Source: Nanobdellota archaeon (GTDB taxonomy: Archaea > Aenigmatarchaeota > Aenigmatarchaeia > QMZP01). From it: a DNA stretch of 14,594 bases. The notes under the pieces are model-generated. The model was not told the origin of the DNA, did no database searches, and saw nothing but the letters and a program-made list of their open reading frames with translations. Every line of letters begins with the position of its first letter. Position 1 is the first letter of the stretch. The position numbers and the translations under genes are program-made. The DNA lies in assembly GCA_043814765.1 (NCBI GenBank), contig JBDRJQ010000013.1, positions 1 through 14,594 of the forward strand, given 5' to 3'. This document shows positions 1 through 6,382 of the stretch, piece after piece.

Positions 1-35
1 ATGTTTGAGGTAGTGTTTGATACTTAGGGGGTTAA

Positions 36-1694
36 ATGAAGCTTGCTTCCCTTTTTTTGGTTCTGATATTTTTTTTCTCGCTAGTCCTTGCACTCAGCGC
101 AGTAAATGCGCAGCAGATGTCTGATGATGATTTCATAATATACCCTGATGTGCAGGGCTCTAGCGGAGGCAACGTAACCGACTCTAGTTTTGATTTAGAG
201 TTCACTGCTGGTCAGCCGACTGTTGAAAACACCACTGACAGCGAATACACAATACACTGGGGTTTTTGGGCGCCTAATGGTACAGTTATTAGTGTTGCAG
301 CTGCAGCCAACACAAATCCATACTACAAGGAATGGGTGCCTCTTATTCTATCGTATATAGACAGGGACAAGAACAACCCAGCGCCAGGCGAAACTGTTAA
401 TTTCTGGGTTTATGTTTATGATGATGAACAGGTTAACACAACATTAAATGTTACTTTTTACTGGAGAACAACTCCTATTTGGAACTCGCAGCAGATGACT
501 TATAACTATCCAATTGCAGGAGTCTATGGTCTTAATTTTAACGAACCTAGTATTGTAGCAAAAACTACAATGTGGTATTATGTCAATGCCTCTGATGAGG
601 CTTCTGGTGAAGAATTATATAATGTTACTCCAGTAACATTGCAAGATACTCTATACTGGGATAATCCGCCGGTAGGAACGACATCACCAGGCACAGGAAC
701 AGGCGGTGGCGGCGGTGGCGGTGGAACAACACCAGCAGGCAACGGTAAGATAGAGATAATGGAATATCCAACGTCTATAATAATTGAACAAGGCGGACTT
801 GAATATGAATATGTAAAAATTAAAAATACTGGAGACGGGACACTTACTGACGTGTATGTAACACTAGAAGGCATTGATTTGAACTGGTATACTGTTGATC
901 CTGTGGAAACAGATGTGAATCCAGATGATGAGGTTACGTTTATAATAAAATTCAAAATACCAGATGACGCAGAGAAAAAGGCATACAAATTCTTTGTTCA
1001 TGTCGGTTCTGATCAAGACACAGAAAGAGAGGCTTCTGAACTGGATATAATTGATTGGCCCAAGGGAGATATAATAAAAATTGATGATATTGAAATACCA
1101 GAGCTAAGAGTTAACACAGAAAGCACCATAAAAGTTATAGTTGAAAACACACTGTTCAGGGACAAGAATGTTACGCTCTCTTTAATTGTTCCTGGCGCAT
1201 GGAATCTCAACCCCGAAGAAGCAACAAGAAACATTCCTTCTTATGATAAAACAATTTATGAGTTTAAAATGACGCCTAAAACTCCTGGAGTTTTTGGCAT
1301 AATATTAATAGGAAGATATGATGACAAGCAGTTTTCAGAAGATATAATTGTTAACGTAAGGGAACTGTATGAATACGAATCTATTCCATTTTGGTGGTCA
1401 TTGATTCTGGCTATAATAGTAATTGTTTTATTAACCATCGCAATCATATTATATTATAGGCACAAAAAGAAGGCTCTAAGAGAGGTTACAGACGAAAAAA
1501 GAATGCTGATACACAAGGAAGTAAAGGATTTAAAGAATAAAGTTTTGAAACCAAAATTATCAGTAAAGGAAAAGGAGAGGCTTGAAGAAATACTAAAGAG
1601 CCTTGAAAAAGCCAGAAAAGAGGGCCTAATAACAGAACATATTTATTACAAATCAAGACAAAAGATAATTAAGAAATTAAGAGGTGGTGACTAA
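36..1694 (+). CDS. Secreted, C-terminally membrane-anchored cell-surface protein with Ig-like (CARDB/NEW3-type) domains
   Basis: Signal peptide (MKLASLFLVLIFFFSLVLALSAVNA), beta-rich acidic ectodomain, 8 N-x-S/T sequons, poly-Gly linker, CARDB-like motif (VKIKNTGDGTLTDVYVTLEG), TM helix (WWSLILAIIVIVLLTIAIILYY) followed by basic residues, Lys-rich cytoplasmic tail. G-rich SD-like site at 27-32. Confidence 0.75.
   Translation: MKLASLFLVLIFFFSLVLALSAVNAQQMSDDDFIIYPDVQGSSGGNVTDSSFDLEFTAGQPTVENTTDSEYTIHWGFWAPNGTVISVAAAANTNPYYKEWVPLILSYIDRDKNNPAPGETVNFWVYVYDDEQVNTTLNVTFYWRTTPIWNSQQMTYNYPIAGVYGLNFNEPSIVAKTTMWYYVNASDEASGEELYNVTPVTLQDTLYWDNPPVGTTSPGTGTGGGGGGGGTTPAGNGKIEIMEYPTSIIIEQGGLEYEYVKIKNTGDGTLTDVYVTLEGIDLNWYTVDPVETDVNPDDEVTFIIKFKIPDDAEKKAYKFFVHVGSDQDTEREASELDIIDWPKGDIIKIDDIEIPELRVNTESTIKVIVENTLFRDKNVTLSLIVPGAWNLNPEEATRNIPSYDKTIYEFKMTPKTPGVFGIILIGRYDDKQFSEDIIVNVRELYEYESIPFWWSLILAIIVIVLLTIAIILYYRHKKKALREVTDEKRMLIHKEVKDLKNKVLKPKLSVKEKERLEEILKSLEKARKEGLITEHIYYKSRQKIIKKLRGGD
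702..725 (+). repeat. GGN codon run encoding a Gly8 linker
   Basis: ggc ggt ggc ggc ggt ggc ggt gga, in frame with the 36..1694 CDS, inside a Thr/Pro/Gly linker. Confidence 0.85.
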
Positions 1695-2009
1695 ATGCCA
1701 GCTAAACCAAAAACAAAAAAAGTTGTAAAAGGTAATTCAACGAAGATTTTTTCTGATTTGAAGATAGAATTAGAAAAATTAAAGGCACAGAAAAAGGATT
1801 ATGATACAGCTCTTAAAACCATGCAAGAGGACATAAAAATAGTGCAGGATAACCAGTTAAAACTTAGAGATAAAATTTCTCAATTGGTGGCAAGAGAAAC
1901 AAACCTTACTGCTAAAAGAATGAGGATTGAAGAAAAAATAACATCAACTAAGGATAAGATTTCAAAAATGCAGAAAATTGGTACAGAACTTGAAGAAGTC
2001 TGGGAGTAA
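1695..2009 (+). CDS. Hypothetical coiled-coil protein
   Basis: 104-aa ORF directly abutting the upstream stop (TAA-ATG), with SD GAGGTGGTGA at 1681-1690. Heptad-like L/I/M pattern with many K/E residues. Confidence 0.75.
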   Translation: MPAKPKTKKVVKGNSTKIFSDLKIELEKLKAQKKDYDTALKTMQEDIKIVQDNQLKLRDKISQLVARETNLTAKRMRIEEKITSTKDKISKMQKIGTELEEVWE

Positions 2010-2059
2010 GCCTTCGCAGCAATCTCCCTGAGTTTCTATTTTTATAATTTTTAATCGGA

Positions 2060-2067
2060 TTTATAAA
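2060..2067 (+). promoter_or_regulatory. Putative TATA box of the tRNA gene
   Basis: TTTATAAA ending 26 nt upstream of the mature tRNA 5' end. The context is AT-rich, so the exact box is uncertain. Confidence 0.45.
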
Positions 2068-2130
2068 TCATATTTTATATATTCTTATTAATAGCCCTGT
2101 AGTGTAGTGGTCCAGCACGTCGGGTTTTGG

Positions 2131-2173
2131 ATTTCGGTTCAAAACTTTGAGTCCTTTTGGGCAGTGAGAAAAC
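2131..2173 (+). other. tRNA intron 1 (43 nt, canonical position 37/38)
   Basis: BHB motif: central helix U32-U35 (2125-2128) pairs with GAAA (2168-2171); 3-nt bulges GG|A (2129-2131) and AC|A (2172-2174). Confidence 0.88.
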
Positions 2174-2194
2174 ACCCGGCAACCCCGGTTCGAA

Positions 2195-2325
2195 CCTAAT
2201 CCCTTTTACGGGAGCGAAAAGCTTGACGGCTTTTCTCAATTGAAATAAGCCGTCTGTCTGTTTTCGCTTCCTCAAAGGTCTAAGGCTTACCCCAAAACAA
2301 GCAAATGAAAGGTGATTAGCGAAAC
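2195..2325 (+). other. tRNA intron 2 (131 nt, non-canonical T-loop position 59/60)
   Basis: Strict BHB motif: central helix UUCG (2189-2192) pairs with CGAA (2320-2323); bulges AA|C (2193-2195) and AC|U (2324-2326); flanked by the T-stem and an inner helix CUAAUC (2196-2201)/GAUUAG (2314-2319). Confidence 0.9.
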
Positions 2326-2336
2326 TCCGGGCGGGG

Positions 2337-2555
2337 CTATTTATTTTCTAAAAGACGAATACCTTTCTGCGTTATCACAAGGCATGTTCCTAATGATTCT
2401 ACCTTATCCACGTAACCCATGTCAATTAACCTTTCCACGTTAACTTGTGTGCTATTGCCGTTTTCCCTCTGTAAACGTGTAACTAATTCATGTTTTGTAA
2501 TAAGGTGCTTGCCTTTTAAAATAGCAAGAATCTGCTCTTCTGTTTCGCTCAGCAT
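2337..2555 (-). CDS. Small winged helix-turn-helix protein
   Basis: 72 aa with a wHTH-like pattern (LSETEEQILAIL...VERLIDMGYV...VITQKGIRLL). Its start overlaps the stop of the upstream DJ-1 gene (ATGCTGA), suggesting translational coupling. Confidence 0.7.
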   Translation of the reverse strand: MLSETEEQILAILKGKHLITKHELVTRLQRENGNSTQVNVERLIDMGYVDKVESLGTCLVITQKGIRLLENK

Positions 2556-3085
2556 ACTAAACCTCTCTTAGTCTGCTCTGCCTTTTCTTTTCCTGACAGA
2601 ATCTCCACTAGTTTTAATGCGAACTCTATTGCTGTGCCAGGACCCTTGGAAGTTATTATGTTGCCGTCTACTATAACATTTCCATCCCTTGGTCTGGGTA
2701 TTTCTCTCTCCATGCCAGGATATATTGTAGCTTTTTTGTTATCCAATATGCCTGCTTTTGCTAGAAGAGAGGGTGCTGCGCATATTGCTGCTATAACCTT
2801 GTTCTCAGAATTGAATTTCTTTATGGCTGCTGCAACGCTCTGCGTTTTTCCAAGATTGATATAGCCAGGATTTCCTCCTAACAAGACAAGGGCGTCAAAT
2901 TTGTCTAAATTAATCTCTTCAAACCTTTTATCCGCCATAAAGATTATATCATGCGCTCCTTTTACCATCGTTGCCGGTATGCCCGCTGTTACTGCATCCA
3001 AACCAGCCCTGCGCAGAACGTCTATTGTTGAGCTTGCTTCTATCTCTTCAAATCCTTCAGCAAGCGGAATTAGAACCCTTTTCAT
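2549..3085 (-). CDS. DJ-1/PfpI (ThiJ/YajL-type) glyoxalase III/deglycase family protein
   Basis: Motifs LAEGFEEIEA, LRRAG, GG, AAICAAP (nucleophile Cys), ATIYPG, DGNIITSKGPGTAIEFAL. Confidence 0.93.
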   Translation of the reverse strand: MKRVLIPLAEGFEEIEASSTIDVLRRAGLDAVTAGIPATMVKGAHDIIFMADKRFEEINLDKFDALVLLGGNPGYINLGKTQSVAAAIKKFNSENKVIAAICAAPSLLAKAGILDNKKATIYPGMEREIPRPRDGNVIVDGNIITSKGPGTAIEFALKLVEILSGKEKAEQTKRGLVC

Positions 3086-3216
3086 AAAATCTAGTCTCTC
3101 TTAATTTAATAGATAGTAAGTAATATATTGTTAACCAATAAGCACACTTTAAAAGTTAATTATTTAAGTATATACACTAATTTGGAGGATATAGTAACAA
3201 ACTAGAGGAGGTACAT

Positions 3217-3660
3217 ATGCCAATAATCGGTCTTTCTTTGAATTCAGTAACTGCAAAAAGAGAAAAAGACGCAAAAGGAGAAATAAAGATAAACTCTACT
3301 CCTAGGATAAACTCTATTGAAGAGAAAACCATAGAGCAGTTGGGTAAAAAGGTTCTCAGTATAGGGTTTGATTTCATTACTACATACGACAGTCTTGGAG
3401 AAATAAAACTCAGTGGTGACATGCTTTTCACGCACGATGATCAGGAGAAGATACTAAAACACTGGAAAGAAAATAAAATATTGTCTCAGGATGCTGCTGT
3501 TGATGTTTTCAACGCGCTTTTCGCAAAATGTCTTTTGAAATCATCCATGATAGCAGAGGAACTTCAGTTGCCTTTGCCATTGACCTTGCCACGTGTAAGG
3601 CCTGGTACAGTCGTGCCTGATTCAGAAGATAAAAAAACTGAAGACAAAAAAAAGAAGTAA
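3217..3660 (+). CDS. Conserved archaeal hypothetical protein, possibly SecB-like fold
   Basis: Strong SD GAGGAGGT upstream. Alternating beta-strand N-terminal half, C-terminal helix and LPLPLTLPR motif. The fold call is from recall and is unverified. Confidence 0.7.
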   Translation: MPIIGLSLNSVTAKREKDAKGEIKINSTPRINSIEEKTIEQLGKKVLSIGFDFITTYDSLGEIKLSGDMLFTHDDQEKILKHWKENKILSQDAAVDVFNALFAKCLLKSSMIAEELQLPLPLTLPRVRPGTVVPDSEDKKTEDKKKK

Positions 3661-3661
3661 T

Positions 3662-3940
3662 TTAAGCCATGAAAAGTATTGCTAGGAGTACAATGCCTAC
3701 TATGAATAGCAACACTATTATTTTTACTGATTTCATGAAAAACTTGAACAGAAAAAACAATACCACAGCTAATATCAAAACTGCTACAAGCAAGCCTGAT
3801 AAGCCAAAACCGCTTATGAATCCGAGAGAATCTCCAAGATTTCCTAACAAGGAAAGTAATGTTGCTATAGTACCAACACTATTGGATAGCACCGCACCTA
3901 CCATCTGAAATATTATAAGAAGAGGTGATTCTACTGCCAT
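3662..3940 (-). CDS. Small integral membrane protein
   Basis: 92 aa, almost entirely hydrophobic with 2-3 TM segments. Fills the gap downstream of fen on the same strand. Confidence 0.7.
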   Translation of the reverse strand: MAVESPLLIIFQMVGAVLSNSVGTIATLLSLLGNLGDSLGFISGFGLSGLLVAVLILAVVLFFLFKFFMKSVKIIVLLFIVGIVLLAILFMA

Positions 3941-3968
3941 GTTTTATTATTGATTTCTTATTATTAAA

Positions 3969-4997
3969 CTAACCAAAAAACTTACCCAAACTGGATTGTT
4001 TTCTTTTTCCCTGCAAGGATTCCAATTTATCAATTGTTCCGTTAACACGCTCTTCAGAGAAATCATGGTCATCTATGAGAAATTTCCTTAGCACTTCTTT
4101 ATTGAAATTGGGTTTTTTAGGCTCCTTCTTCTCAACAGGAGGGTTTTTGAAAAAATCAAACACTTTTTGCGGTTCTATGTCAAAGCTCCATTCCACATTC
4201 TTGAGGACGTTATCAAGTGTTTTATGTTCTTTGACTATTTTTAATGCGTTTTTAGGTCCTATGCCCTTTATTCCACCCGGAGAATAATCAGTGCCTACCA
4301 GCATTCCCAAAACAATTAATTGATCCCTGTTAATTCCAAGCTTTTTGAGTGTGGGTTCAAGTTCAATAAGCTCTGGTTTTACTATAATGTACTTCTCCTT
4401 TCTAGGAATCTTCCTTCTTCCTGTGATTGTGAGGTTCTTGGCTAGCCTTGGAGCTCCAAAAAGCAGTGAATCCCAGTCCTGTGAGCCCACAGCCCAACCC
4501 CTGCCTTCTTTAACAAGATAACTGGCCTGAGCTTCAGCCTCAGAGGGCGCCTGAAGCCATGCTACGCCCATGCTTGACAGGAGGGTTTTTGCCTCTTCAA
4601 TCATATGTGAAGTCAGCCGAATAGCTGCTTGAGAGTATTTTCGTATCTTTTCAATGTCCTTTTCCTCTACAGCATCTTTCCATTTTTCTTTAGCATCTTC
4701 GCGAATCTTTACTCTCTTTTCAATTGTACTGCTCTTGAATTCAGGAGGTTTTCCATCAAAAACATAAATGGGGTCTATTCCGCTTTCAATCATTCTGGCT
4801 GTCCTGTAAAGCAAACCAGAAAGATGAGAAGTTACATTGCCATGAGAATCCCTTAACGGTTCCCCAGTAAACCTGTCACGTATGCTTGAAAGGAACTGGT
4901 ACATAATGTTAGAAGCATCCAAGTAAATGGTTCTGCCGTTGAGATCAGCTAACTCTATCTCCTTGCCTTCAACTAAAACAGAAAGTGAAACACCCAT
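3969..4997 (-). CDS. fen: Flap endonuclease-1
   Basis: MGV start, YQFLSSIR, TSHLSGLLYRT, YVFDGKPP, APSEAEAQA, SQDWDSLLFGAP, GTDY...GIGPK (H3TH), C-terminal PIP box QSSLGKFF. Confidence 0.97.
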   Translation of the reverse strand: MGVSLSVLVEGKEIELADLNGRTIYLDASNIMYQFLSSIRDRFTGEPLRDSHGNVTSHLSGLLYRTARMIESGIDPIYVFDGKPPEFKSSTIEKRVKIREDAKEKWKDAVEEKDIEKIRKYSQAAIRLTSHMIEEAKTLLSSMGVAWLQAPSEAEAQASYLVKEGRGWAVGSQDWDSLLFGAPRLAKNLTITGRRKIPRKEKYIIVKPELIELEPTLKKLGINRDQLIVLGMLVGTDYSPGGIKGIGPKNALKIVKEHKTLDNVLKNVEWSFDIEPQKVFDFFKNPPVEKKEPKKPNFNKEVLRKFLIDDHDFSEERVNGTIDKLESLQGKRKQSSLGKFFG

Positions 4998-5060
4998 GTT
5001 ATAAAATTAAGTTTCGAAACTTTTAAAAACCATCCATACAAAATTTAATAGGGTATTTTT

Positions 5061-5483
5061 ATGGTTAGAAAAACTACTAAAAAAAGAACTGTTAAGAAAA
5101 GGGTTGTTAAGAAAGCAACCAAGAAAAAACCTGTTAGAAAGAAGCCTGTAAGAAAAAATATCAAAAGTAGAGTGATTAAGAGAAAACCTGTTAAGAGGAA
5201 AGCTGTTAAGAAAAAGCCTGCTGTAAAAAAAACTGAAAAAACGCTTATTGGAGCAGTAACTCATTTCTTCAGTGGTTTATCAGTTGCTGTAATTGAATTA
5301 AACAGTAGCTTGAAAATAGGTGATAAAATAATAGTTGAAGGAGCAACAACATCATTCCAGCAAAAAGTTTCTTCTATGCAAATAGAAAGGAAGGACATAA
5401 AAGAGGCAAAGAAGGGCGATGATATTGGAATGAAAGTTATTGACAGGGTAAGGCCAGGCGACAAGGTTTACAGGGTTGCTTAA
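5061..5483 (+). CDS. Translation-factor-like beta-barrel protein (EF-Tu domain II/U32 C-terminal-like) with a Lys/Arg-rich N-terminal tail
   Basis: C-terminal ~80 aa IGAVTHFFSGLSVAVIEL...LKIGDKI...FQQKVSSMQIE...AKKGDDIGMKV...VRPGDKVY. N-terminal ~58 aa of KKPVR-like repeats. Confidence 0.8.
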   Translation: MVRKTTKKRTVKKRVVKKATKKKPVRKKPVRKNIKSRVIKRKPVKRKAVKKKPAVKKTEKTLIGAVTHFFSGLSVAVIELNSSLKIGDKIIVEGATTSFQQKVSSMQIERKDIKEAKKGDDIGMKVIDRVRPGDKVYRVA

Positions 5484-5491
5484 ATTATTTT

Positions 5492-5510
5492 TCGGGTCGT
5501 TTTGGCCCGA
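5492..5510. terminator. Stem-loop between convergent genes, possible terminator or stability element
   Basis: TCGGGTCG-TTT-TGGCCCGA forms an 8-bp stem with two G-U pairs, in the 36-bp gap between the stops at 5483 and 5520, flanked by T/A-rich sequence. Confidence 0.5.
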
Positions 5511-5519
5511 TTATAAATA

Positions 5520-6179
5520 TTAGAATTTAATCAGATCTCTTAGAACAGTTTCCGGATCATCTGCATTGACAAAGGCAGATGCTAGAATAACCCCTTTGGT
5601 TCCCAGTTCTAGTGCGGCTCTAACGTCATCGCCTGTGGATATTCCAGCACCGCACAAAGGAACAGCATCAGAATTATTGTTCACAAAATCAGCAAAATCC
5701 CTGACTTTGCCAGGATGTGCTTTAGAAATAGGGATGCCTGAGCCTATTAGTTCTGGATCCTCAAAAGCAATATAATCTGGTTTGGAGTTTAATATTCCAT
5801 AAACTTCTTCCATGTCCTTGGCGCATACTGCAGTTTTAAGGCCAGATTCTTTGCACCTCTCTACAGCTTTTTTAAGATCTTCCATCTTCATCTTTTTTTC
5901 AGCATGATTCAGCACTGCGCCAACCGCACCGCTGGCTTTAACACTCTCAGCAAGAACATGCCCTGTGTTGGAGCCAAAGCCAATAGGATCAACATGCTGA
6001 GCAAAAACAGGCACTTTAACAGACTGTGAAACTCTAAAAACACTAAGCGCATCTGCGACAATAACAATGCTGGCTTTTTCCTCGTTAGCAACCCTGTCAA
6101 CAATTTTAGCCAATTCTAGTGCTTTTTCACCTATTCCCTTTTCATAGGTCTTGAAATTCAATAATATTATAGGTTTCAT
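5520..6179 (-). CDS. tpiA: Triosephosphate isomerase, archaeal short type
   Basis: NFKTY (catalytic Lys), AQHVD, GSNTGH, NHAE (His), AFEDPELIGSG (Glu), LCGAGIS, GVILASAFV. Start moved to ATG 6179 (MKPIILLNFK), which is preceded by an SD-like GGTGCTGA. Confidence 0.95.
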   Translation of the reverse strand: MKPIILLNFKTYEKGIGEKALELAKIVDRVANEEKASIVIVADALSVFRVSQSVKVPVFAQHVDPIGFGSNTGHVLAESVKASGAVGAVLNHAEKKMKMEDLKKAVERCKESGLKTAVCAKDMEEVYGILNSKPDYIAFEDPELIGSGIPISKAHPGKVRDFADFVNNNSDAVPLCGAGISTGDDVRAALELGTKGVILASAFVNADDPETVLRDLIKF

Positions 6180-6382
6180 GTCAGCACCAGCATATATGCA
6201 TATCATCAGTTCTTTGCTCTGGTAAAGACTTGTTTTGTCAGTTTTAATGGTTTCGGATTGTTTCTTTGTATGCGCATACCTATTGAAGTTTCTTTATTCA
6301 CTATATATTATAAATATTCACAATATTGAATATATTTCTGAATATAGCATATACTTATAAAGATATGGTATATTGAATAAAT

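Larger units (their letters stand above)
2093..2339 (+). tRNA. tRNA-Gln (anticodon UUG) with two introns; exons 2093-2130, 2174-2194, 2326-2339
   Basis: Joined exons give AGCCCTGTAGTGTAGTGGTCCAGCACGTCGGGTTTTGG-ACCCGGCAACCCCGGTTCGAA-TCCGGGCGGGGCTA. This folds as a cloverleaf: acceptor AGCCCUG/CGGGGCU with A1-U72 (typical of archaeal tRNA-Gln), D-stem GUGU/GCAC, anticodon stem UCGGG/CCCGG, anticodon TTG at 2127-2129, T-stem CCCGG/CCGGG with loop UUCGAAU, discriminator A at 2339. CCA is not encoded, and a T-rich tract follows. Confidence 0.93.

Noticed and set aside
1..27. ATG...TAG reading MFEVVFDT at the window start
   Set aside because: Probably the 3' end of an upstream gene cut by the window; too little sequence to call.
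578..988. Poly-Pro minus-strand ORF
   Set aside because: Antisense reading of the Gly8 linker in the surface-protein gene.
2075..2275. 66-aa minus-strand ORF from the ORF track
   Set aside because: It lies antisense to the tRNA-Gln gene, has no ATG start and shows no recognisable protein features.
2195..2325. Intron 2 as a standard C/D or H/ACA guide RNA
   Set aside because: No CTGA box D or RTGATGA box C, no evident kink-turn, and no ACA directly after the hairpin.
6181..6208. Minus-strand TGATGA...CTGA (box C/D-like or fluoride-riboswitch-like) upstream of tpiA
   Set aside because: Only one C/D pair, no flanking terminal stem, no properly spaced second pair, and no riboswitch 5' GGxGATG element. 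The CTGA is explained by the SD-like site.
6206..6301. Short minus-strand ORF (GTG start, 31 aa) upstream of tpiA
   Set aside because: Too short, with no SD and no recognisable features; cannot be supported from sequence alone.
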